A DNA stretch of 64,000 bases from an uncultured Nitrospiraceae bacterium (lineage in GTDB: Bacteria > Nitrospirota > Nitrospiria > Nitrospirales > Nitrospiraceae), in contig CAVPLT010000004.1 in NCBI GenBank assembly GCA_963706325.1, positions 288,001-352,000 on the forward strand, written 5' to 3'. Below the pieces are notes generated by a model that searched no databases, had not been told where the DNA came from, and saw only the letters and a program-made list of their open reading frames with translations. This document shows, one piece after another, positions 30,598 through 40,642 of the stretch (positions within the stretch are counted from its first letter, which is position 1; each line of letters opens with the position of its first letter). A program made the position numbers and the translations under genes.

Positions 30598-30622
30598 TTT
30601 GTCTAGTGAGTTACTCAAGAAT
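30598..30622 (-). promoter_or_regulatory. Putative Rrf2 operator
   Basis: ATTCTTGAGTAACTCACTAGACAAA resembles IscR type-1 consensus, directly upstream of the Rrf2 gene. Confidence 0.4.
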
Positions 30623-30745
30623 TCCCAGAATAAACCAGCGCGCGATGTGATTCAAGCTTCTCGTGTGCGACAAGGCCCAGCGGATCGCCCCTTCTGATGT
30701 TCGGGGATGGTCTCCGCAACCTATTGAAATCGGACGCTCTGTTTC

Positions 30746-30775
30746 TTGACACCCTCTCACCGTTCTTGCTAGCTT
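30746..30775 (+). promoter_or_regulatory. Sigma70 promoter candidate for glyQ
   Basis: TTGACA-18-TAGCTT with TG extension. Confidence 0.5.
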
Positions 30776-30830
30776 CAGCCTACTTTTCTTCAGCCTTCAT
30801 AAGCAGCCCGCTGCTAGATCTGGACATCCG

Positions 30831-31751
30831 GTGAATTTCCAAGACCTCATTTTGACGCTGCACCGATTTTGGTCGGATCGTGGATGTGTAATTCATCAAC
30901 CATACGATTTAGAAATGGGCGCAGGGACTTTTCATCCGGCGACGTTTTTACGATCACTGGGTCCTGAACCCTGGCGCGCCGCCTATCCGCAAGCCTGCCG
31001 CCGGCCGACCGACGGCCGTTACGGCGAAAATCCCAACCGCATGCAGCACTATTACCAGTATCAGGTCGTGTTAAAGCCCGCGCCGGACAATATCCAGGAC
31101 CTGTATCTGGAGAGCCTCAAACAGCTGGGGATAGATCCCAAGAAGCACGACATTCGATTTGTGCAGGACGATTGGGAGTCGCCCACGCTCGGCGCCTGGG
31201 GACTGGGCTGGGAAGTCCGGCTCGACGGCATGGAGATTACCCAGTTCACCTATTTTCAGGAGATCGGCGGCATTCCCTTGAATCCCATCACCGGCGAAAT
31301 CACCTATGGAACAGAACGCATCGCGATGTACCTCCAGCAGGTCGACAACGTGTACGATCTGACCTGGACCGATGGCGTTACCTATGGCGATGTCCACCAC
31401 CGCAGCGAGGTGGAGTTCTCGCGCTACAATTTCGAGGAAGGGGATGTGCCCATGCTCATGGCCACCTTCCAGTCCTTTGAGGGAGAGTGCAAGCGCCTGT
31501 TGGATAAGAACCTGACATTGCCGGCCTATGATTATTGCATCAAGACCTCGCACATGTTCAATCTGCTCGACGCGCGCGGAGCCATCAGCGTGACCGAACG
31601 AACCTCCTACATCGGCCGCGTGCGGGCGCTGGCCCGTCGCTGCGCGGAATCGTATCTCGCCGATCGCGAGGCGATGGGACACCCCTTGATCAAGCAACCG
31701 GCTCGAGCAGGCAAGGGCTCCTCCAGCCACTCAGCCGTAGCCACCAAGTAG
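30831..31751 (+). CDS. glyQ: Glycyl-tRNA synthetase alpha subunit
   Basis: [34 protein letters not shown]. Confidence 0.97.
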   Translation: MNFQDLILTLHRFWSDRGCVIHQPYDLEMGAGTFHPATFLRSLGPEPWRAAYPQACRRPTDGRYGENPNRMQHYYQYQVVLKPAPDNIQDLYLESLKQLGIDPKKHDIRFVQDDWESPTLGAWGLGWEVRLDGMEITQFTYFQEIGGIPLNPITGEITYGTERIAMYLQQVDNVYDLTWTDGVTYGDVHHRSEVEFSRYNFEEGDVPMLMATFQSFEGECKRLLDKNLTLPAYDYCIKTSHMFNLLDARGAISVTERTSYIGRVRALARRCAESYLADREAMGHPLIKQPARAGKGSSSHSAVATK

Positions 31752-31771
31752 CTGCAGGGCAGTACCTTACG

Positions 31772-33955
31772 ATGCTATCCAAAAAGACCATGACGAAGAC
31801 TGCCTCACGCTCCAAAGTTTCCAAAGCTCCGGCGACCACAGAATTGCTTCTCGAAATCGGGACAGAGGAACTGCCCTATCAGTTTGTGGCCCCAGCGCGA
31901 CGCGCCCTGCAACAAGCGGCGGAGACGTTGCTGAAAGACTTCCGGCTCACTTATGGCTCCATCCGTACGATGGGCACTCCGCGGCGGTTGGTGCTGTTGA
32001 TCGAAGGCCTTTCGAAGGAGCAAGCGTCTGCCATGAAAGAGGCCATGGGACCATCCAAGGCGGTGGCGTTCGACCAGGTCGGCCAACCCACTAGGGCAGC
32101 GATCGGCTTTGCCGCCGGCCAGGGCATTCCGGTTGACCAACTGCAAGTGCGTCAGACCCCAAAGGGCGAATATCTCTTCGCGGTAAAGCAGGAGCCGGGA
32201 CAGTCGACCCCTACGGTGTTGACGCAAGCCCTGCCGCAATTTCTCGCCAAACTGTCATTTCCGAAGGCCATGCACTGGAACCAGACCGGCGTTCGTTTCG
32301 CCAGACCCGTGCGCTGGTTGGTGGCGTTATGTGGCGGGAAGGTCCTTCCGATTGAGTTCGCGACAGTTAGGGCCGGCGATGTGACGCATGGCCATCGGGT
32401 ACTGGGCGCCAAGGTGTCCAACTCGAAGGGTTTTGTGGTGAAGTCAATTGCGCATTATCTACTGGAGACCGAACGCCACAGTGTGATGGTGGATCCGAAC
32501 CGGCGGCGCGATTTAATTTTAGAGCAGCTGGCGTCGCTCGCGACATCCGCCGGCGGACATCTACATCAGGATGACGATTTACTCGAACAGGCCATTTACA
32601 TGGTCGAGAACCCCCATACGATCTTGGGTTCGTTCAAGCCGCACTATCTCGCGCTCCCTAAAGAAATACTGATGACCTCCATGAAGGAACATCAAGGCTA
32701 CTTCTCATTGATCGATCAGAAGGGGGCATTGCTGCCGCATTTTCTCGCCGTCACCAACATGAAGTTGACGAACATGCAGTTGATCCGCGAGGGAAATGAG
32801 CGGGTGCTTGCGGCGCGTTTGGCTGATGCGAAGTTTTTCTTCGATGAGGATCGCAAGATCCCACTGGCCGACCGAGTGGCCAAGCAACAGGCTGTGACCT
32901 TTCATCAAAAGCTCGGCAGCCTCCACCAAAAGACCCAGCGCGTGATCGCCATGGCGGCACATGTCGCGGAGCAACTGGGTGAGGAACAACTGGTTAGGGA
33001 TTGCCGCCGAGCGGCGGAGCTCAGCAAGGCGGACTTGCTCACCGGGATTGTCGGTGAGTTTCCAACTCTGCAAGGGATCATGGGCGGGGAGTACGCCAAG
33101 CATGACGGCGAGTCACCGGTGGTCAGCGCGGCGATCCGCGAACAGTACATGCCTCGCGCGATGGAAGGGGAGTTGCCGGAGTCGTTGGCCGGAAAGGTCC
33201 TTTCCCTTGCCGATCGACTGGACAGCATAGCCGGGTTCTTTCTCGTCGGCTTAGTCCCCAGCGGATCCGAAGATCCTTTTGCCCTCCGTCGCCATGCTAC
33301 GGGGATCGTACGCATTCTGGTTGAGGGTACGCTGCGGTTGAACCTTGCACAGGCGGTACGACATGCGCAGGAGGTGCTCACTGGTCAGCAGATCGCCGCT
33401 GCGTCAGACAGCGGCAAGGGTGGGCCGCCTGATGTCATCGGCTTCCTGTTCGAGCGTGTGCGCTTCTATGGCAAGACCACGCGGCAATTCCGCGACGATG
33501 TCATGGAGGCGGTGCTGAAGTCGGTGGATCGCCAGACCATCGACCTCGTTGACCTTTTTGACAAAATGAAGGCGCTCCAGCAGATCACCGTGAGAGCGGA
33601 ATTCGATCCCTTGATTGTCGGATTCAAACGCGCGCATCGACTCACTGAGAAAGAACAGTGGGATCGGAAGCCGGTGGATGCCGCTCTATTCCAGGAGGCT
33701 GCCGAGTCTGCATTGTACCAGATGCTGCAGGCCGGCCAGCAGGAGTATTCCGCCGCCATGGCCGGCGGAAACTATGGTCACGCGCTCGACGTGCTGGTTC
33801 GGATGAAAGGGCCGATCGACGACTTTTTCAACGCCGTCATGGTCAATACCGACGATCCCGCCGTGCGCGGAAATCGTCTGTCCCTCCTGAAGGCGGTCGA
33901 TGATTTGTTCATGTCGTTCGCTGATTTCTCTCAGATTATGGTACAAGGGACTTAG
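31772..33955 (+). CDS. glyS: Glycyl-tRNA synthetase beta subunit
   Basis: LLEIGTEELP, TPRRL, GNERVLAARLADA, DPFALRR, DALR tail. Confidence 0.96.
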   Translation: MLSKKTMTKTASRSKVSKAPATTELLLEIGTEELPYQFVAPARRALQQAAETLLKDFRLTYGSIRTMGTPRRLVLLIEGLSKEQASAMKEAMGPSKAVAFDQVGQPTRAAIGFAAGQGIPVDQLQVRQTPKGEYLFAVKQEPGQSTPTVLTQALPQFLAKLSFPKAMHWNQTGVRFARPVRWLVALCGGKVLPIEFATVRAGDVTHGHRVLGAKVSNSKGFVVKSIAHYLLETERHSVMVDPNRRRDLILEQLASLATSAGGHLHQDDDLLEQAIYMVENPHTILGSFKPHYLALPKEILMTSMKEHQGYFSLIDQKGALLPHFLAVTNMKLTNMQLIREGNERVLAARLADAKFFFDEDRKIPLADRVAKQQAVTFHQKLGSLHQKTQRVIAMAAHVAEQLGEEQLVRDCRRAAELSKADLLTGIVGEFPTLQGIMGGEYAKHDGESPVVSAAIREQYMPRAMEGELPESLAGKVLSLADRLDSIAGFFLVGLVPSGSEDPFALRRHATGIVRILVEGTLRLNLAQAVRHAQEVLTGQQIAAASDSGKGGPPDVIGFLFERVRFYGKTTRQFRDDVMEAVLKSVDRQTIDLVDLFDKMKALQQITVRAEFDPLIVGFKRAHRLTEKEQWDRKPVDAALFQEAAESALYQMLQAGQQEYSAAMAGGNYGHALDVLVRMKGPIDDFFNAVMVNTDDPAVRGNRLSLLKAVDDLFMSFADFSQIMVQGT

Positions 33956-33969
33956 CGAATGGTGAGCCT

Positions 33970-34488
33970 TTGGACTCCACTGCAGCGAGTGTCCCTGAGC
34001 GGACCGAGGCAGAGGCCGCGGCCGAGCTGAGGGCCAAGAAAGTCCGACGGTTTGCGTCCGGCATCAGCGTCGTCATGATGGTGCTGTGCAACGCGGTGTT
34101 CCTCTTCGGCATCTGGGTGACCGGCGTCAACTTCGAACGGCTGGTGCGGACACCGGATAGGTATGATTCCAAACACGACATCTGCTTGCGGCTGGCCTAT
34201 CAGCACATTCCGGGCGCGGACAACCCGGTGCAATTCTGTTCGGAGTGGCTCAACCTCTCCGATGAGACCGGAAAGACCCATACGTTTCAAAAAGAGACCG
34301 AGATCAAACAGGGAGCAGACGGGAAGTTTTATTTCGATTACGGACCGTTCGTGGACTACCGGTTATTTGCGGTCGGCGCGTTCGTGGTGGGGATTATCGT
34401 ATGCGGCATTCGTGTCACCAGGCACGTCGTAAATCGCTACCGTATGCGATTGGAAGCCGCCGCCCGGCATTCGGTCCCAAGTCATTGA
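33970..34488 (+). CDS. Two-TM hypothetical protein
   Basis: Two hydrophobic segments flanking a Cys-containing loop; operon position. Confidence 0.6.
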   Translation: MDSTAASVPERTEAEAAAELRAKKVRRFASGISVVMMVLCNAVFLFGIWVTGVNFERLVRTPDRYDSKHDICLRLAYQHIPGADNPVQFCSEWLNLSDETGKTHTFQKETEIKQGADGKFYFDYGPFVDYRLFAVGAFVVGIIVCGIRVTRHVVNRYRMRLEAAARHSVPSH

Positions 34489-34513
34489 CCTCATAGCAGA
34501 AGGAGAGCGTCGC

Positions 34514-37378
34514 GTGGCCAAGAAATACGTCTATTACTTTGGAGATGGCAAGGCCGAAGGCACCGGTACGATGAAGGAGCTCCTCGGAGGCAAAGGCGCC
34601 GGCCTGGCCGAGATGACGAATCTCAAGGTCTCGGTTCCCCCGGGCTTCACGATCTCGACGGAAGCCTGCGTTGAATACTACAAACGCAACAAGGCCTACC
34701 CCCCCGGCATGATGGACGAGGCATTGCAGGCGCTCAAGCGAGTCGAGCGGTCGATGAAGGCCGGCTTCGGCGATCCGGACAATCCTCTCCTGGTTTCGGT
34801 TCGGTCAGGCGCGCGTGCCTCCATGCCCGGCATGATGGACACGGTCTTGAACGTAGGACTGACGACGAAGAGCGTGCACGGACTGGCTCTCAAGACTAAG
34901 AACGAACGATTTGCGCAGGACAGTTACCGCCGTTTTATTGGCATGTTCGGCAGCATTGTGATGGGAGTCAATCGCGAGCATTTCGAGGATATTCTCAAGC
35001 ACAAAAAGCGGGATCTGGGGGTGACGGAGGACACGCATCTTGACGCGAAGGCGCTCAAGGAGCTGGTGGTCCGTTTCAAGGAGCTGGTCAAAGAAGAGAC
35101 CAAGCGGGATTTTCCGGACGATCCCTTGGAGCAGTTGCGCATGGCGATCAATGCGGTGTTTTCATCCTGGTATGGCGCCCGCGCCGTGACCTATCGACGA
35201 CTCTACGATATTCCCGAGACATGGGGCACAGCCGTAAATGTCGTGGCCATGGTATTCGGCAACATGGGGGAGACCAGCGGCACCGGTGTGGCATTCACGC
35301 GCGATCCGGCCACCGGTCAGCGGAACTTCTTCGGTGAATGTTTGACGAACGCGCAGGGCGAAGACGTCGTAGCCGGCATCCGAACCCCGCTTCCGGTTCG
35401 TGAGCTCGAGAAGTACATGCCGCAGGCCTACAAGGAGCTCGAAGCGACCTACAAAAAACTGGAACGCCATTACCGCGACATGCTCGACCTGGAATTCACC
35501 ATCCAGGAAGGCAAGCTCTACATGCTGCAAACCCGGGTTGGAAAACGCACCGGTGTGGCAGCTGTCCGGATTGCGGTGGATATGGTGAAGGAAGGGCTGA
35601 TTTCCAAAAAAGAGGCGCTCCAGAGGGTTGGGCCTGATCAGCTCTCGCAGTACCTCTATCCTATTTTTGACGCGAAGGAAGAATCGCGCTGCACCGCGCT
35701 CGGAAAAGGCTTGCCGGCCGGCCCAGGAGCCGCCGCAGGTAAAATCGCTCTGACCGCGGATCGTGCAGTGGAGATGAAGGCCGCGGGGACCCGTGTGGTG
35801 CTCGTTCGCCAAGAGACCAGTCCCGATGATATTCACGGCATGAACGCCGCCCTGGGGTTCCTGACCGCACGTGGCGGTATGACGTCGCATGCGGCCGTGG
35901 TCGCGCGGCAGATGGGAAAAGTGTGCGTGGCGGGATGTGATGCCATCGAGGTGCTAGATAACCAAACGGTGCGAATCGGGACCCAAACCTTTCGCGAAGG
36001 TGATTATCTGTCGGTGAATGGCTCGACCGGCAATGTGTATGGTGGCGATATTCCGGTGGTGGAATCGGAAGTGATCCAGGTGCTGCAGGGAAAAATGGAC
36101 GCCTCGGCGTCCGAAAAGTACCAACTGTTCGAGTCGGTCTTGAAGTGGGCCGACGGGGTGCGTCGCTTGAAAGTCCGCTCGAATGCGGACGTGCCGGATC
36201 AAGCCCGTATCGCGAGAAGTTTCGGAGCGGAAGGGATCGGACTCTGCCGGACGGAGCATATGTTCTTCGCGGAAGACCGTATCCAAATCATGCAAAAGAT
36301 GATTCTGGCGCGGAAACGTGAAGAGCGGGAAAAGTATCTCGACCAACTGTTGCCGCTGCAGAAGCAGGATTTCATCGGCCTCTACCGAGAGATGAAAGGC
36401 TATCCGGTCACGATCCGGCTCCTCGATCCGCCGTTGCACGAATTTCTGCCGAAGCGTGAAGACCTGATGGTTGAAATTGCCCAGCTCGAACTCACCAGCG
36501 GCGCTCCGGCGGTGCTCGAAGAGAGGAGACGCCTTCTCGCACGCGTGGAAGAACTCCACGAATTCAATCCCATGCTGGGTTTGCGCGGGTGTCGCCTCGG
36601 AATTACGATGCCGGAAATCACGCGCATGCAGGCTCGCGCCATCATCGAAGCGGCGTGTGAGCTGGCGAAGGAGGGTACGAAGATCGTTCCTGAGATCATG
36701 ATTCCATTGGTGGGCATGGTCTCAGAGATGAAGGCCCAGAAGGATCTGGTTCGCGAAGTCGCCACAGAAACGATGAAGCGGTACAACGTGAAAATCTCCT
36801 ACCTCGTCGGGACCATGATCGAACTCCCGCGGGCCGCCGTGACGGCCGATCGCATTGCGGAGGAGGCCGAATTCTTCTCCTTCGGCACGAACGACTTGAC
36901 GCAGACCACGTTCGGATTCTCCCGTGACGATGCGGCGAAATTCATTGATTTCTACAAGACGGCCAATATCCTCGAAACCGATCCCTTTGCGGTGCTCGAC
37001 CGGGAAGGGGTCGGGTCGCTCATGCGCACAGCCATCGTGGGAGGCCGGAAGACCCGCCCCACGATCAAGCTGGGCATCTGCGGCGAACATGGCGGGGACC
37101 CGAGTTCGGTCGAGTTCTGTCATCAGCTAGGCCTGGATTATGTGAGTTGTTCGCCCTATCGGGTCGGGATTGCGAGATTGGCCGCTGCGCAGGCAGCGTT
37201 GGCCGAAGCCGAGGCGGAAAAAGCCAAGCCGAAGAAAGCGGCGCCGAAAAAAGTCCAGTCCAGCGCCGCGACACGAATGAAGCCCACCACAGCTAGGAAG
37301 GCCACGACCCGCGCGTCCGAGAAGGCGAAGCCGAGCAGCAAACGCGTTGTCGGCCGATCTAAGCGTACGAAGCGGTGA
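34514..37378 (+). CDS. ppdK: Pyruvate phosphate dikinase with Lys/Ala-rich C-terminal tail
   Basis: LLGGKGAGL, GGMTSHAAVVAR phospho-His, GLCRTEHMF, GTNDL, CGEHGG. Confidence 0.97.
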   Translation: MAKKYVYYFGDGKAEGTGTMKELLGGKGAGLAEMTNLKVSVPPGFTISTEACVEYYKRNKAYPPGMMDEALQALKRVERSMKAGFGDPDNPLLVSVRSGARASMPGMMDTVLNVGLTTKSVHGLALKTKNERFAQDSYRRFIGMFGSIVMGVNREHFEDILKHKKRDLGVTEDTHLDAKALKELVVRFKELVKEETKRDFPDDPLEQLRMAINAVFSSWYGARAVTYRRLYDIPETWGTAVNVVAMVFGNMGETSGTGVAFTRDPATGQRNFFGECLTNAQGEDVVAGIRTPLPVRELEKYMPQAYKELEATYKKLERHYRDMLDLEFTIQEGKLYMLQTRVGKRTGVAAVRIAVDMVKEGLISKKEALQRVGPDQLSQYLYPIFDAKEESRCTALGKGLPAGPGAAAGKIALTADRAVEMKAAGTRVVLVRQETSPDDIHGMNAALGFLTARGGMTSHAAVVARQMGKVCVAGCDAIEVLDNQTVRIGTQTFREGDYLSVNGSTGNVYGGDIPVVESEVIQVLQGKMDASASEKYQLFESVLKWADGVRRLKVRSNADVPDQARIARSFGAEGIGLCRTEHMFFAEDRIQIMQKMILARKREEREKYLDQLLPLQKQDFIGLYREMKGYPVTIRLLDPPLHEFLPKREDLMVEIAQLELTSGAPAVLEERRRLLARVEELHEFNPMLGLRGCRLGITMPEITRMQARAIIEAACELAKEGTKIVPEIMIPLVGMVSEMKAQKDLVREVATETMKRYNVKISYLVGTMIELPRAAVTADRIAEEAEFFSFGTNDLTQTTFGFSRDDAAKFIDFYKTANILETDPFAVLDREGVGSLMRTAIVGGRKTRPTIKLGICGEHGGDPSSVEFCHQLGLDYVSCSPYRVGIARLAAAQAALAEAEAEKAKPKKAAPKKVQSSAATRMKPTTARKATTRASEKAKPSSKRVVGRSKRTKR

Positions 37379-38502
37379 GGTCGTCCGCGCGCGATCTGGA
37401 GTACATGACCCTGGCCCTTCGTCTCGCGGCGAAGGGGCGGGGCTTCACCAGTCCCAATCCCATGGTCGGTGCCGTCGTTGTCACTCGAGGTCAGGTTGTC
37501 GGTCAGGGTTCCCACCGCAAGGCCGGGGGGCCGCATGCCGAAGTCATTGCTTTAAGCCAAGCCGGCTTGCGCGCCAGGGGCGGCACCCTCTATGTCACAC
37601 TCGAACCCTGTAGCCATCTCAAAAAACGCACCCCACCCTGCGTACCACTCATCCTCAAGTCAGGAGTCCGCCGCGTTGTCGTGGCGATGGTCGATCCCAA
37701 CCCGCAGGTGAAGGGCAAAGGCATTTCGCAACTGAAACGAGCCGGCATGAAGGTCGAGGTCGGTTGCGGCCAGTCCACGGCCACGCAACTCAATGAAGCG
37801 TACGTCCATCGTGTGCAAACCGGTCGCCCCTTTACTATCCTCAAAGCCGGGATGACGCTAGATGGAAAAATCGCCACAGCCAGCGGCGAGTCCCAATGGA
37901 TCACCGATGAGACGTCGCGAGCTCAGGCGCACCAGTTGCGCGCCGGCGTTGACGCGGTCTTGGTCGGTATCGGCACGGTGTTGCGCGACAATCCCACACT
38001 GACCGCCAGACTGGCTCACGATCCACCGCGGCTTGCTCTGCGCCAGCCATTACGCATCGTGGTGGATAGCCGGTTACGCATTCCTCTCAAAGCCGCCGTT
38101 CTTCAACATCAACAAGCCGCGCATACGTTGATTGCCACGACGACTGCGGCTTCAGGCCGCAAGATCGAGTTACTCATGAGGCGAGGGATCGATGTGCTAG
38201 TCCTGCCCAAGCTCGGCGATCATGTCAGCTTGCCTACGTTGTGGACGAGGCTTGGGCAATTGGGCGTGACCAGCTTGCTGGTTGAAGGTGGAAGCGAGAT
38301 CAACGCAGCGGTGCTTCGCGGACAGCTCGCCCAGCGGCTCACATGTTACGTCGCGCCACTTCTTCTCGGTGGGCAAGAGGCCAAGGGGCTTATCGGTGGA
38401 CGCTCGCCGCGCCGACTTCGGGACGCCGTGCCGCTCAAGAATCTACGCATCGAACCGGTGGGGCGTGATATGCTGATTCAGGCGGACCTTTCGACTCATT
38501 AG
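37375..38502 (+). CDS. ribD: Riboflavin biosynthesis deaminase/reductase
   Basis: PNPMVG, HAE, TLEPC...PPC, LDGKIA, VEGG. Confidence 0.95.
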   Translation: MRSSARDLEYMTLALRLAAKGRGFTSPNPMVGAVVVTRGQVVGQGSHRKAGGPHAEVIALSQAGLRARGGTLYVTLEPCSHLKKRTPPCVPLILKSGVRRVVVAMVDPNPQVKGKGISQLKRAGMKVEVGCGQSTATQLNEAYVHRVQTGRPFTILKAGMTLDGKIATASGESQWITDETSRAQAHQLRAGVDAVLVGIGTVLRDNPTLTARLAHDPPRLALRQPLRIVVDSRLRIPLKAAVLQHQQAAHTLIATTTAASGRKIELLMRRGIDVLVLPKLGDHVSLPTLWTRLGQLGVTSLLVEGGSEINAAVLRGQLAQRLTCYVAPLLLGGQEAKGLIGGRSPRRLRDAVPLKNLRIEPVGRDMLIQADLSTH

Positions 38503-38509
38503 GAGCGTC

Positions 38510-39829
38510 GTGCGATTTCTCTCCCGGCTCTGGCTACGATTGTATTTCCCGGCTCTTTTCCTGCTCGTCTTCTCCAGCATCCTGTATGTTCCGACTTCGA
38601 TGCTCCATGGCGCGGAAGAGGCGCCTGAGTCCCAACTTGGCGCGCTGGTGTGGCAGTACATCGCAACCGAGGATAGCGAGCATGCCCGGGCATTGCTTGG
38701 GTCGATTCTGCCGCGACCGGACGCGACGGTGCAGACGCTTCAAACTCTCCTTCGAAAAGGTCCCCCCCATAGCCTTCAGCCAGTAGGTCTATTACCAGAT
38801 GAGCAGGTCGTCGTACGTGACCGGACCTATCGGTACAGCCTCTCAGTCCCCGAACGGTACGAACCGAACCGAGACTATGCGCTAGTCGTCTGTCTGCACG
38901 GCGCGGGGTTCACCGGCGAAGCCTACCTAGATCGATGGAAGACCAGATTGGGGGAGGGGTACATTCTCGCCTGCCCAACCTATCCTGCCGGCGCCTGGTT
39001 TACCAGGCGCGCTGAAGATCTGGTGCTGGCGACGGTGCGGGCCGTGCAGCAACGTTATCGGATCGATCCCAACCGAATTTTTCTCACCGGCATGTCGAAC
39101 GGCGGCATCGGCGCTTGGCTGATCGGCATGCATCACGCGCCCCTGTTTGCCGGGGTCGCACCCATGGCGAGCGGGATCGACGATGTGCTGTTTCCGTTCC
39201 TTGAAAATCTCCGTACGACGCCGGTCTACATCATTCACGGGTCGCAGGATCAAGTAATGCCGGTGGAGCTAAGCCGCAAACTGGCGGGCGAACTCAAACA
39301 CCTCGGCTCTCCGTTTGTCTATCGCGAACATGACCGGACTCACGTCATGGCCGGTGGCCACTTCTTTCCACGTGAGGAGTTGGCCGACTTGGTGAAGTGG
39401 TTCAACGCTCAGCATCGGGCTCCTGCTCCGAAGGCTCTCACGGTCGTGCGCGACGCCAGTCATTTGCTGCCGTTCGGGTGGGTGCGCATCGATGGGACAG
39501 ACGAGATCGCGTCGTTCTCGGAGGATTTGATCGACAAGCGTGACGCCAGCATCCGGCAACGCAGCTATGCCAGATTGATTGGCGAGATCACCGGACCCAA
39601 TCGGATCGAGGTGCAGGCCGACCGGGTACGACAGTACACGCTGTTTCTGAATGAAGACCTTGTCGATCTGTCGAAGCCGATCGTGGTCACTACGAATGGT
39701 CAGGTATCCTTCGAGGGCGCCATCACTCTAGAGCCTGAGACCCTGCTGCGGCAAGCCCGACTTCGACAAGACTTCGGACTACTTTTTCCCGCCCACCTTA
39801 CGCTCTCCGTTCCACAGCCGTCTTCATGA
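38510..39829 (+). CDS. Exported alpha/beta hydrolase (esterase/peptidase-like)
   Basis: LHGAG, GMSNGG nucleophile elbow, HGSQD, GGH. Confidence 0.75.
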   Translation: MRFLSRLWLRLYFPALFLLVFSSILYVPTSMLHGAEEAPESQLGALVWQYIATEDSEHARALLGSILPRPDATVQTLQTLLRKGPPHSLQPVGLLPDEQVVVRDRTYRYSLSVPERYEPNRDYALVVCLHGAGFTGEAYLDRWKTRLGEGYILACPTYPAGAWFTRRAEDLVLATVRAVQQRYRIDPNRIFLTGMSNGGIGAWLIGMHHAPLFAGVAPMASGIDDVLFPFLENLRTTPVYIIHGSQDQVMPVELSRKLAGELKHLGSPFVYREHDRTHVMAGGHFFPREELADLVKWFNAQHRAPAPKALTVVRDASHLLPFGWVRIDGTDEIASFSEDLIDKRDASIRQRSYARLIGEITGPNRIEVQADRVRQYTLFLNEDLVDLSKPIVVTTNGQVSFEGAITLEPETLLRQARLRQDFGLLFPAHLTLSVPQPSS

Positions 39830-40632
39830 ACCTGCCTCAATTGGCCGCCAGACGGACCTCTGCACTTGTGCTTGTCATGATGGTCGGGGTGACTACCTTG
39901 CTCTCCCACGGTCTAGCCGAATCGGACAGCTGCGTGTTTCCTTCGCAACATGCCGGAGTTATGTTCCCTGTGGATCAGATGGACACCAGATGGGCCTGTC
40001 GGCTGAACCCGATCACCAGTCATTATACGACGGCCACGAAAATCGGACCGATGCGGACGCCATTACCGGAGCATATATTTCTGTATCTTTTGGATCATCC
40101 GGTGATGGCAGCCGCTCTGCTCAATCGCCTCGATTTGGGGCTGTATAAGGCTGAGGTGCGCGAGCCGGGAGAATTTTGGGCCACCGACGGTGAGGGCACC
40201 GAGGGGATCATCCATCCGGTCATTCAGGAAGGCACGACGCGGGTGTATTTTGCGCAAGGCAGTCATGACGGAAGGCTGTTGCCTAAAGTAACCGGCAAGG
40301 CGGTCGTGTTGCTCAGGTTGAGCCCGGTCACGGACAGCCGTGGGATTGCATCGATCGACAGCACGCTGGTCGCGTATCTGCGACTCGACAATCGGGTTTT
40401 GTCGGGGATCCTGTCTTTGCTTCGTCCGTTGATCGGCAACGTGGTGAACCGGCAATTGCTCAAAGCCTTCGATGCGGCGCGTCTCTTGGGCGGCGCCATG
40501 CGAGAGCATCCCGATCGAGTCTTGTTTGAGGCGACCGATCCACCATCCCTGCCTGATGAAGACGTGGCCTTCTTGAAAGCTGCGCTCACAAGCCTGCACA
40601 ATCCCATCTCATCGCCGCGAGCCACACCATAG
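39826..40632 (+). CDS. Exported hypothetical protein
   Basis: ATGA overlap with upstream gene, signal peptide. Confidence 0.6.
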   Translation: MNLPQLAARRTSALVLVMMVGVTTLLSHGLAESDSCVFPSQHAGVMFPVDQMDTRWACRLNPITSHYTTATKIGPMRTPLPEHIFLYLLDHPVMAAALLNRLDLGLYKAEVREPGEFWATDGEGTEGIIHPVIQEGTTRVYFAQGSHDGRLLPKVTGKAVVLLRLSPVTDSRGIASIDSTLVAYLRLDNRVLSGILSLLRPLIGNVVNRQLLKAFDAARLLGGAMREHPDRVLFEATDPPSLPDEDVAFLKAALTSLHNPISSPRATP

Positions 40633-40642
40633 TGAGACGCCC

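Noticed and set aside
31535..31771. Long N-terminal extensions of glyS (and similarly acs, fabI)
   Set aside because: They overlap upstream genes or promoters; conserved domains start later.
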